This document shows positions 52,661-64,000 of a DNA stretch of 64,000 bases, in pieces. The notes under the pieces are model-generated. The model was given only the letters and a program-made list of their open reading frames with translations, ran no database searches and was not told the DNA's origin. Source of the stretch: Rhynchobatus australiae (taxonomy: Eukaryota). The stretch is taken from NCBI GenBank assembly GCA_034780895.1, contig JAUZTB010000033.1, forward strand, positions 30,599,820 through 30,663,819, read 5' to 3'. Made by a program: the position numbers and the translations under genes. The stretch's first letter is position 1; each line of letters begins with the position of its first letter.

Positions 52661-54099
52661 TGGTGCTTTTATTTTACAAGTGTGAAAAACCCGTAACTGA
52701 CAGATGATGAAATCATGCACAATGTCTTTGAGTGATCTAACCCCAGCAATCAGCTCCTAATGATGTCAGTTTGAGTTTGCTGTGTGTCAGTTTGTGACTC
52801 TCTGCTGTTTGAAACATGGCAACATGCTGGTTTGAAACGAACAAGCCATTACTTGGCTAGGATACAACACTGTGAAGGCATTGCTTTGTGTACATGGCAC
52901 ATCATTTTTGAGATACACAATGCTGAATCTTTTTTTTTGGTGAAACTATCACCATGGGCCAGATAATAGAGTCCTGTCTTAAGAAACTAATCACTCTGAT
53001 CAGGAATGTATTCCTAAAGTGGTTGAATTTCAGCACTGTGGAGGTTAGCCATGAGATAAATTAAGTTGCAATTTTTAACTTAAGTGATATGAATAATGGT
53101 TTAAATCACATAATCCTATCATTAACCCTGTAAACATCCTGGAGGAGTAACTTAAACTTGGAGAACTGTGTAGAACGGGTGCTATTAGATTAGCTGTCCA
53201 CTACATCTATGGAGGGATGATAACAAATGCTAATACCATTTTCCCTTTTGTTCACTCTCACTCAAAGTCCACTTTACACCCACTGAATTGAAAGTGAGAA
53301 TGTTACACACCTGCTTCCAGGTAACACACAATGACCATATCTGAAGGGAATATTTGTAACAGGCAGTCCATGGCACTTTCCCAAACTAAACCAACTTGAA
53401 ACATGCCTTTAACTCCATTGTATTCATTAGATCAATTTACCCAACAAAATACAAGGAAGAAGATGACTTCCTTCATGGAGGGCAAACTGCTAATTATACA
53501 GAAGAACAATATTTTAATTTACATTAAATTGCTTGTTTCTCTTACTTCACTTTTATGACACCAGCATAGATAGATCCTTCTAGACAATTCTACTGCATGT
53601 GAATAGTACAAAAGTCACAAAATCAATGTATTGTCATGTTGGTGGACATACACATGGAGAATGGGAAGAACTCTTACCAAACAAGAATTTTTAACAAACA
53701 TACTTAAGTGAACTTTCTGTCCTATTCAAAGAATAGATAGCTTTTAATCCAGATGTATTATTATGAAAAGAGAGGCTAATGAGGATATGGAGTGACTATG
53801 TTTAGATAATTCTTTACTTTATTTTCCTAAGAAATTTTGCTTCTTGAGCTACTCATAATTCCCAGGCCCATTCTCAACTATCACACCATTGACAATACAT
53901 GAGAACCTTAGGAGATAAAGCATTTATATTTGTGACATGGCACTAGCAGGAAATTTATAGTATTTTGTGAAATATGTGCTATTCTGTTTACTTTAAATAC
54001 ATTATCAAAATGGCAAGCCAAATCACAACAACACATTGCAAATTCTGCTCGGGTCACATTTCTCTGGGTGGAGCTCCAGAACCTTTACCAATTTTACAC

Positions 54100-55240
54100 C
54101 TTTTACTCTCTCTATACCTTTCTCCCATACACACGCCAATACTAGAGAAAGCACAGTGCTCGAACATATCTTAGGAAATGAAACTGGGCAGGTGGTGGAG
54201 GTGGCAGTGGGAAAACACTTTGGGAACAGTGAACATAAATCTGTAAGTTTCAAGGTAGTTATGGAAAGGGATGAGGTTGGTCCTTAAATAGGATCAAAGG
54301 AGTTTCTTGAGAAATATAGTGTGTGTAGGAGATAACAAGAAAGAAATTAGGAGGGTAGAAAGGGGCCATGAAATATTCTTGGCAAATAAGACTCCTTAGA
54401 GACATTCTATAATCAGGGGCAAAAGGGTAGCCAGGGAAAAAAGTGATCCCCTTAGGGACCATTGCGATAATCTATATTTGGAGCCAGGCAAGTAGGTGAG
54501 GTCCTAAATGAATACTTCTCATTTGTATTCACCAATGAGAAAAGTGTGGAAGATAGTGAGTTCAGGAAGGGATATGTTGGTAGTCCGGAGCAGGGAAAAT
54601 CCTGCTTCACTGATTTGAGCCTTGTGAGGATGTTACTAAGAAGGCTGATGAAGGCAGGGTGGTAGATGTTGTCCATATGGACTTTAGTAAGGAACACGAT
54701 AAGGTTCTGCATGGTAGGCTGGTCCAGAAGATTAAGGCAAGCTGGCTATTTGGATCCAAAACTGGCTTGGTGATAGGAAGCAGAGGGTAGTGGTGAAATT
54801 AGTAATCTGTAACCAGTGGTGCACCACAGGAATCAGTGCTGGGACCTTTTGAGTTTGTAATATATAATAACATATCACAAACAACAAGAAAGTGAATGAA
54901 GGAGATACAATCAGTAAATTTGCAGATGAGATGGAAATTGATGGTGTTGCAGATAGCAAGGAAATAGATCAGATGAAAAGTTGGGTGAAGCATTGGCAGA
55001 TGGAATTTAATCCTGACAAGCGTGAGGTGATGCATTTTGGGAAGTCAAAAAGGGGCAAAACAGTAAATGCAGAGTGCTAAGGACCTTGGGGATTATCCAC
55101 AGTTCCCTGGAAGTGGCAACAAGGTAGATAGAATGGTGAAGAAGGCATATGGCATACCTGCCTTCATAGGTTGAGACACAGAATATAAAAGTTTTGGATT
55201 TTATGCTGCAACTTTACAAAACACTAGTTCAACCACACAA
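54100..55240 (+). mobile_element. Internally deleted CR1 LINE ORF2 (endonuclease end and RT motifs)
   Basis: TRESTVLEHILGNETGQVVEVAVGKHFGNSEHKSVSFKV; GKSCFTD; VDVVHMDFSK; GAPQESVLGP; ISKFADE; WQMEFNPDKREVMHFG. Confidence 0.9.
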
Positions 55241-56061
55241 GGGCAACAAGGGATGGGCAATTAAATTCTGGCTCAGACTGTAAAGCCCATAAGTCACTAT
55301 ATGTCTATTGATGGATGCACTCCAGGTATAACCAGCAGAACCATGTTGCACAGAATTTTAGCATCTATTTGTTTTTCCTTTTGCAGTATAAAAGTGTTTA
55401 ATAATAAATACAATTTATCATTCAAAATGTTAGGTGATTTATGCCTTTCACCATCAGTATTTGAACGTTTTTCCCCCAGGTAAAATACTGGAAATATTCA
55501 ATGTCAGACAGCAGCTTTGGAAAAAAAATTGAAGTTAACATTTCAAGTTTCCATGTACCAATGATGTTATCCCATCCAATTCACGATAGAATTCTGAGCA
55601 CATATGCAGCTTAAGATCTGAGCACACAAACTACTTGCTTTCCACATGTCATAGCTTTATCCCCAGAGCCACTCCAGAGTTGTCATCATTTTCAACTGAT
55701 AGTGATTATTCATGCTGCTGCTAACTTTCCACTGTGGACATGTTACCCTCTGATACACCAGTAACCTCACGAAGGTGAAAATCACACCAAGAACTGCCTG
55801 ATGCCAGAACATCTCTCAATCACCTGGCAACACAGCATCTATGGAATACATAGTAAATATCCATGGAATTCAATGAAGTTTGAGAGAAATTACTGTTAAA
55901 GATAGTCAGATATCCATGCAGAAAACTTTGGAGGAGTGAGGTTTCCAGTGTAAAACCACTTTGGTGCTGAGGTTTTCTACCCTCATCCTGCCAAGAGCAT
56001 AAATTGTGGTGATCAGCAAGTAAAGATCAGGTCTGCTTGGCCAACCATTAATTTGCAGTTA

Positions 56062-56365
56062 AGTATTGGTATCGGTTTATTATTGTCACTTGTACTGAGG
56101 TACAGTGAAAAACTTGCCTTGCATACCGATCATACAGGTCAATTCATTACACAGTGCAGTACTGAGTACATTGAGGTAGTGCAGGTGAAAACAATAACAG
56201 TACAGAGTAAAGTGTCACAGCTAAAGAGAAAGTGCAGTGCAATAAGGTGCAAAGTCACAACAAGGTAGATCATGAGGTCATAGTCCATCTCATCGTACAA
56301 GGAAACCATTCAATAGTCTTATCACAGTGGAGTAGAAGCTGTCCTTAAGTCTGGTGGTAAATGGT
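56062..56365 (-). mobile_element. Rex1/Babar-type LINE 3' end
   Basis: Minus translation TTRLKDSFYSTVIRLLNG matches the Rex1 RT C-terminus; the tail reads gtgacaataataaacc. Confidence 0.8.
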
Positions 56366-56387
56366 ACATAGCAGTACAGGGGGTTTC

Positions 56388-56470
56388 TTGAGAGCAACAA
56401 TCTGCTGGAGGAATAGCAGGTTGAGCAGCATCCATAGGGGGAAAGGAATTGTTCTTGAGAGTCCTGCTGC
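56388..56470 (-). mobile_element. Penelope-derived terminal fragment
   Basis: aatctgctggaggaatagcaggttgagcagcatc. Confidence 0.65.
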
Positions 56471-56749
56471 AAGGAAGTAAATTTTAGAAATGGTGTGGCA
56501 AATCTTCTCTTTGCAGGGCCTGGAGCAAAGTTGCTGCTTCTCATGAAAGAAAATTTTAGATTCCCCACATTAGCTCTTAAAATTAGCTCAGAGCTGTACT
56601 GACAAATTAGCACACCAATTTGTACACTATTATGAGGTGCACAACTACAGACAGTGATTGCTGGGACTTGAGAAACTGAGTAACTCATCTGTTTTTAATT
56701 GTGCTTCCATTCGGCAGGGGTTAACAAAAAGTTAGTCTCAATGGACAAA

Positions 56750-56985
56750 TATATTGTATGGTGATGAGCCAGTGTGATGAGAGGAAACTTCCAGGTTCAA
56801 TTTCTGGTCTTCCTCAACCAGATCAGCAATAACGCTGATAACTGGCCCAGCTCACCTGGTGAGAAGGAGGGTGTGGCAACCAAGAATCCACTGGTCACAG
56901 TGCACTGATTCCCAAGCTGAAAAGTTCACACACGTCTATATCATGTGAGGATTGATCATACTTGATCGTATGATGCAATTTTCCT
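56750..56985 (+). mobile_element. Old SINE-like repeat, same family as 17.4 kb
   Basis: ccaggttcaatttctggtct (tRNA B-box-like)...aactggcccagc...gagaaggagg...tgtgaggattg. Confidence 0.45.
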
Positions 56986-58589
56986 CTCCCTGCCCACCAG
57001 TTTACCAAAGCAATAGCATTCCCAACCCTTCAAGATTATCTTGGCATTTCCAAGAATCAAATAATAAGTTCCTGGAAACAGCTGTGAGCAACTAGTGAGA
57101 AAAATGTTAGAACTATTAAAGTATTATATGATTTTTCATTTCCTTTCAACATATTTGTTGACAAATTGTACAAATATTGAAGAAGGTGATCAAAAGCCAG
57201 AATGACTGGGTGAGGCAATTCCAGCAGGAAGTCATCTCATGAAACCTCCAAGAATATGTCCAGCCAGAAACGACAACCTTGCCAATCTAGCAGACCCCAA
57301 ATACGCACCGTCTGGATCACACATGAATAATGTCCATTCGAGCCAGGTACTGGAGGACTGCCAGTCCTTATGGAACCATATCCTAGCATGAGTCAGCAAT
57401 TTAAACTGAAGGGGCAGCAACAAAAATTGCAATACTTTCTTGTTTTTTCTCAAAGAAGCCNNNNNNNNNNNNNNNNNNNNNNNNNNNNNNNNNNNNNNNN
57501 NNNNNNNNNNNNNNNNNNNNNNNNNNNNNNNNNNNNNNNNNNNNNNNNNNNNNNNNNNNNNNNNNNNNNNNNNNNNNNNNNNNNNNNNNNNNNNNNNNNN
57601 NNNNNNNNNNNNNNNNNNNNNNNNNNNNNNNNNNNNNNNNNNNNNNNNNNNNNNNNNNNNNNNNNNNNNNNNNNNNNNNNNNNNNNNNNNNNNNNNNNNN
57701 NNNNNNNNNNNNNNNNNNNNNNNNNNNNNNNNNNNNNNNNNNNNNNNNNNNNNNNNNNNNNNNNNNNNNNNNNNNNNNNNNNNNNNNNNNNNNNNNNNNN
57801 NNNNNNNNNNNNNNNNNNNNNNNNNNNNNNNNNAGAATGACTGCACTGTCTCTTTAATAATAAAATTAGACAAGATCTTCAAACAAGTGTACACCACATA
57901 CAGTGGCGTTTTACTCCAGAGGATGCACATGATTCAAAACTAGTAGTTATGAGTGCTTGTAGTGTACCACAAAATTGATCTAATTACACCCTAAAATGAA
58001 AGCAGGGGAAAGCTATACCTAAAACAAATACAACATAAAGCTGCCTTTGTAATACAATGCTCCTCTTTATTGTTCAACAAAAAGGAAAATTTTGTTAGTA
58101 CCCATAAGACAATTCTTACTAATAGTGGCAGAGACAAGAGAGATCCATAAGCATATCACATGTCCCATTAAGGAAAACAAGGCTATTACAAGGGAGAACA
58201 CAATTGTTGGGGGAATAATGAAATAAAACTCACCCAATTCAGCCATGTAAAGCAATACTCTTTTCAAGAGAGGCTTTGTATTTTTTCTCATCATCCATTC
58301 AATGTATTCAAAGTGTGCATATATTGGACATTTGAGTAGTGGAAATATTAGCTATACATATTTAAACCCTCCCTCCAAAGGTGTATCAGTGTGATGTATA
58401 AATCAGTTCAGATTAAAAAGAACTCACTTTATGTTTTTTTTAATATTCACACTGAAAACAATCCATAGCTTCACTTGTTCAATAGTGAGAGGTAGTTAAG
58501 CTTCGATACACATGGAAAACACAATTATATGCTGGTTAAAGAAAGAAACATAATAAAAGCTGGTCAAGTGCCAGATCATAGCAAGGGCT

Positions 58590-58960
58590 GTATGGTTGCT
58601 AAGCCATTAATTCCATAACAGGCCAATCAGTATGCCAAAGTAGTAATGTCACATTAGGCCATTCCTTGTTGCTATGCCAAACCAGTGATGTCATTATAAA
58701 CCATTCTGTGCTGCTATGTCACTAAAAACCTTTTCATATTGTTATATTTGTGATGTCATAATAGGCAAGTCTGTGATATCACAACAGCCCATTTCTTATT
58801 TCCATGTCAGGGTAGGTTGCACCATGCTGCTGTATCAGTGATCTCACAAACATTTAACCCTTTGTTAACTCTTTGATCATTAATTGAAAATTTCTTCCCA
58901 CTATGTCAGCAATGTCACAATAAGCTAACCTTTGCTATGGACCCAACAATTTCACATCAC
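58590..58960. repeat. Degenerate ~40-bp minisatellite (gtgatgtcacaataggccattc...gttgctatg)
   Basis: At least six diverged units beginning gtaatgtcac, gtgatgtcat, gtgatgtcat, gtgatatcac, gtgatctcac and gcaatgtcac. Confidence 0.65.
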
Positions 58961-60373
58961 ATAAAGAAATCTATATAGAGAGTATCTACAAAAGCAGGTA
59001 AAATTTAACATAGCAGCATTGCAAAGTGAATGCAAGCAGGCTTACTGTCTGTTATACACAGAACCCAATTCTTTCCAATAGAAAGGAAAACCAGACTGGG
59101 TATGTGTATTATGGTTAGCCAATTCACTACCATCAATTTAAAGCCCTCACCAAAGTAAAATATTACCCTCAATCTAATCTTTATGTTAAAAAAAATTACA
59201 TTTGCTGTGTATACAATAATGTAGCTGTATTTTACTGAGGGTTATATTATTATGTATTTTCTTTTTCTTAAAAAAACAGTTACATATTTTGCAAGGATTT
59301 AACCATGGCACCATGTGGTTAAATCTCCTATGGTTAATCCTGAAGTCTGTTAGACAGTCATGCAAACACCCATACACAATTGACAATGGAGAAAAATCCT
59401 CATTAAAATTTACCACTGTATACTTGATTCCTGGGGAAGTGTGAGAGTGTGATGGTAATAAAAGATTCTATTAGTGTGACTAAAATTTCCATAAACAAGT
59501 ATGTAGATACGCAGAGACATCACATTTTTCAGCAAAATTATTCACTCCAAATCCTTACCATATTTAATACATAATCACATAATTTTCACATATAACTTTG
59601 CACTGTGCCATTTACGGCTGCAACACAATTCCACACAATATTCACATCATGCCAATTCACATGCATAAACGCAGTAAAATCTTTGCTTTTATGTGTCTAT
59701 TAGCACTCACATGGAAATGAACACTCAGAAACATATACAGTCAGCCATCCTTCATACACATGAATTTGCACTTATATAATAATTCATTCATACAGATATT
59801 TTAAATTCAATTCCCAATACCCCATTGATCACTAATCAGTGTACACAGAGTTTATATATTGTTTGCATCAATAATTTGCTTTTGCCAGAACACAATAGAT
59901 GATTAATCATTTTTACCTGAAAAATCTTATGATGCTGTAAAATATGTAGCCATCATAGAGTATCCTATTAAATTAAAACTTAAACCACTAAAACATAGTA
60001 AAATCTAAAACCAGAAGCAACAAAACATACATGCAAGGTTCCATTGAAGTTCTATACGCTAGCTTGTCCAGAGCTATCCACTGTATAGCTAACATGAATG
60101 GTGAACCATCTTTAATAAGTACTCCATGGGTAGTTGCATGACACACATATTGCAAGTGTCATCGAATCAGTTAAGCTTGTGTAAGACTCCTTTCAAATAT
60201 AAACTCATACATTACATTTCTTGCCAATAGCTCCTATTTCCGTAATGCCTTGCATTGACAGCCATTTGTCTACTGAAATATTTGTGGAGTTGTAGAAGAA
60301 AATAAATTATATTTTCTTCTCTCTTTTCTCCAGTGTAAGCAGGGAACCCAAATCCAAATCATCTTCCACCCCT

Positions 60374-60525
60374 CTATTTCTCTGAACAGCAGCAGCAAGT
60401 CCAGCTGGGAAATGAGCAGCCCTCAAACAGAGGTCGTAAACCATGTTTTGTGAACGGTAGGATATGGACTTGGATAGGTGGCGGGATGGTAGAACATTGA
60501 AGGGATGGAGATGTAAACTCACAGC
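60374..60525 (-). CDS. Candidate alternative terminal exon (phase 1: xCEFTSPSLQCSTIPPPIQVHILPFTKHGLRPLFEGCSFPSWTCCCCSEK*), or a 3-nt microexon at the same acceptor
   Basis: Acceptor catcctttttgtag|GCTGTGAG in a non-repetitive, relatively GC-rich block; ATTAAA on minus at 60111-60116; TGCATG cluster nearby. Reading frame is ambiguous. Confidence 0.35.
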
Positions 60526-60949
60526 CTACAAAAAGGATGCGATGAGTGGTTTGAATGGTATTTATCACATCTTCTTCCCCTGTCTTTCATAAATTAGCAA
60601 TCAAACTCCTCAGATGATTGCATTTACTTTATGTGTACAATTATTATGGCTTTTTTCAGTTTAACATGAGGAACTATCAATAATGTACCATGCATTATTT
60701 TGATTTTCTCATTTCTGGCTTCCTCATAAGATAAATGGTATCTTTACAAACCATAATTACAAAATAAAAGTTGTGGGATGTCTTTTATCAGCATACAGCC
60801 CTTTGGATTCCTAAATCTACATTTATTCCACACATAATGGAAAAAAATTACTTGAGTTTTTAAAATTTGTACATGTACAAATTTTGCTGTGATTGACAAC
60901 TATGCTTCATATTGCTAATTCTCTCCAGTCTCAGCATACAATCGTAATG

Positions 60950-61215
60950 GAGTTTGGTTCCTGAAGTGCTGGCTGCCTCCCAGGCCCCAGTTAGTGACTA
61001 TTCTTCAAGTATTAATATGGACTGTGAGCAATGGCAAACTACACAAAGGGAAATCACAGCCCAGCTAGTCCTCCTTTCCTTTTATAATTCAACCTTCAGC
61101 CTCCCCAGAAGGAAGTATCGACACCAATTAGATGTGGCAACGTTGCCTGCTTCTCAGTTTTCTAGTCCAAGGACACTGAGTTGAATGGATTGGTTCCTCT
61201 AGTCTATACATCAAC
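60950..61215 (-). mobile_element. Old SINE-like repeat, same family as 17.4 kb
   Basis: cagcctccccagaagg...caccaattag...ctgcttctcagtt. Confidence 0.35.
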
Positions 61216-61369
61216 AGCAATCCAGTCCAAAAACTGCCTCAGGAATACATAGGTTATGCAGGTCTAAGTTGTGATTCTTTGGATGAGGTATTAAACTGAA
61301 GCCCTTATTGATAAGCTGCAGCATTTTAAAAGAAGAGGCTTTCATTCTTGCCTCAACCAACACTAAAAT

Positions 61370-61460
61370 ATAATAACAGAAACAGCTGGAAATAATCAGC
61401 GTCAGGTAGCATCTGTTGGGAGAGAAACAGGGTTGATATTTCAGATCAGTCATTAGAACC
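61370..61460 (-). mobile_element. Penelope-derived terminal fragment with hammerhead-like motif
   Basis: gctggaaataatcagcgtcaggtagcatctg; the minus strand reads ggttCTAATGActgatctGAAAtatcaacc. Confidence 0.7.
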
Positions 61461-61479
61461 AAAACTATACCAATTTGTT

Positions 61480-61645
61480 GTTCATCCTATTACTATTTGT
61501 AAGATTTGTTTTGTGTAAAATAATTCTCCAAACCCCAGTCACTCAACTGCCCTTGTTTCTCTACATAACAACAGTAACTGCTTAAAAAGGCAACTCATTT
61601 GGGATACCTTCAGTAAGATGACAAGGTGTTATGTAAACACAAGTA
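61480..61645 (+). mobile_element. Deu-domain SINE 3' fragment
   Basis: tttctctacataacaacagtaactgctt...aaggtgttatgtaaacacaagt. Confidence 0.55.
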
Positions 61646-64000
61646 CCTCATAACCCCATGGCTCAATGGTCCATTTATTTTTTTATTTTTCTTTTATGAG
61701 GTCTGAAGTGGCTCATAACAGTTTATGAGTGAATGTGCATCTGTATAACTGAGAGCAATAACAATTCTTCCATCTCAGAATCTCAGGACCATCGGAGAAA
61801 TTTGACAATGTTGAATTTGAACTCCTTCCAATTTAATGAATGTGAAGCCAAAATTGATATAAAAATAAACAAAACACACTCCTCAGAGGCCTAGTAAGTT
61901 AGATGTACAGTCTGATGCAATACAAAGCCATAGAAACCAGGAAGTCTGGATCTGACTTGGCTATGATGCTCCCATTTCTCTCTTTTCATTCCATGTGCCT
62001 TTCTGGTCATAGGCTGTCCAGTTGATACATGTTGCTGGTTCTAGGATTTTAATGAAGTTTCTCACATTCAATCTATCATTCTCTAATAAAAGAAGCCAAG
62101 ATAGTACCACTTAGACACAGGGCTTTCCCAGAACCAATAGCATAACCAAATAGGCTCTAATTAAAATGTTGCAATCTGTACAACTGATTGTGCTTTTCAG
62201 TCATACAGTTTGGTTCTGCCTGGTTCTAAATAAGAGCCTGCACCCTCAAGTATCCCTCACCACTTTTCAGCTTTTGGAATATTCCACCAACAGAGCACAA
62301 CCTTCCAGCCATGAGCTGCTGCAGAATAAAGAATGCTTAGATGAGGATGAATTTAGAAGATGTTGAAAGGGATCATCCTGGCCAAATGAATAACTAGATC
62401 CATTTAAATCATGAACAGAGCTTTTAAGAAGTTGTCTTGCTAACTTTTATGACTCCACCAGTTTTCAGAAGCTTACATCCTTTCAACTTTATCTAAACTT
62501 CTATCTGTAATCTCTACATTCCCGCTAAGTGCCCAAAAAGAAAATTACCAAGTGAAGTACTGGGGTGGATTATGGGGTAATAAGAAATTCCACTGCCTGA
62601 AAGGTACTACAAATACATTATCTGTAAGCGAAAATGGAAGCTCAGTACCGACACAATACCATTATTAGGCACAAGCACATTACAAAAATCATCCATCAGA
62701 CAGAACTTATTGAACACTAATGTTGAAATAATAAATAAATTAGATGTAATCTATTACTCCGCAGGAGGTGCATTTGGTACACCAATCTCATTACTTATCT
62801 TTGCCTCAACCAACCCACATGACAAACAAACCATTTTTATGCCCTCTTTTGCACTGAATCAACCTACTCACAGCACTGCACACCAAACCCTGTTCTTGCC
62901 TAATTGTGCTCATTCTTAAAGTCTTAGAACATTTTGAACACAAATTCTCGTTTCCTCATACGGTGAGTTGTGAAAGTAGCTATGTAGGTTCATTCATCTT
63001 GTAGTAATTGCTTTATGCTAATGGAAACACTCTTCAACGTGCAGTTTTTATGTTATATTTTATTACAGTAAAAAATTGTACAATAATGCAATTATCACTT
63101 TGTATTTCTAAATGCAACTCTGTGTACTACAGATAATTTTACCATGAAGAAAACTGATATTAAAAATGCTTATATTGCACTACTTAAAAATAGCAGAGGC
63201 TCCTGCAGTGTCACTGTACTTTGGTTAGTGCCCACTCAAAATTCATTTGCCCCATCACATTTCTCTCAAGCATTCCAATAAACCTCTTCTCATTTTGTGA
63301 CAAGTACAACAATACATCTTTTGTCAGAACATATCACTTTACTGCCAGCATGCAGGGTATTCAAACTGTCCCTCACATGACTTTTAACCATACCTTAATA
63401 AATTCCATTCAATCCCCTTGTCATTAATATTCAGAAGGGACTGCATGCTAGACTGACTTCCAGTTAAGACTGAGTTGGAGGTTTCATGTTATAGACAGTG
63501 CTGCACTTTAACTCTGGCTAGTATCAAAACATAGCTTCAGGGATTCACAGAATTTGGCCCAATTGAACTTGGTTCAGATTTTGTTTTGGGTTTGACCTGT
63601 AACAACATCTTTACCCTTTAACTCACTGCCACATCCAAATAAGCAATGGGTTGTAATTAAGACGGATGTAATTATTTCAACCAAGTCTGGAGCTCTCTTT
63701 CTGGAGAGTGCTTATGCCTACTTCTCAATCTCTGAGTAATGGCCTTCATTACTATACCAAGAAAAGAGATACAACTGGGAAGGAACTTAAAGAAAGCTTT
63801 GGTTATATATAGACCATCTATACATTTCTATTTCTGCAAGCTTGTTCCTTTTTGACTGAAGGGGATATATTACTGAGGCTCAGCTTACTTAGATTCTGCA
63901 TCCTGTCACTTTATGGCAGAGGTCATTGATGACTGCTACAGAGAAGGACACAGGGCAAACCACTGCATTCTGCCAGAACAAAATAAAACAAGGGAAGTGG

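Overview
AT-rich, gapped (many N runs) eukaryotic DNA with no long ORF. The repeat families (HE1-like V-SINEs, Deu-domain SINEs, CR1 and Rex1/Babar LINE tails, Penelope-like elements, Harbinger fossils) point to a cartilaginous fish, probably a ray, sawfish or guitarfish; this is inference from recalled repeat consensuses. The window reads as intronic sequence of a large, probably minus-strand gene that I cannot name. It carries a few short candidate exons: a possible terminal exon or 3-nt microexon at about 60.5 kb, two ATG-bearing phase-2 first-exon candidates at 29.6 and 14.4 kb, two probably non-coding exons at 30.8-31.0 kb, and a symmetric 54-nt exon at 3.2 kb. The most notable non-genic structures are Penelope-derived inverted elements carrying decayed minimal hammerhead-ribozyme motifs, a ~300-bp-arm inverted repeat at 6.3-7.35 kb, a two-gene Harbinger fossil with a nested insertion, and a degenerate ~40-bp minisatellite at 58.6-59 kb. 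I see no prokaryotic-type systems, CRISPR arrays or rRNA/tRNA genes, and no convincing novel multi-gene system. Repeat boundaries are approximate and were read by eye.
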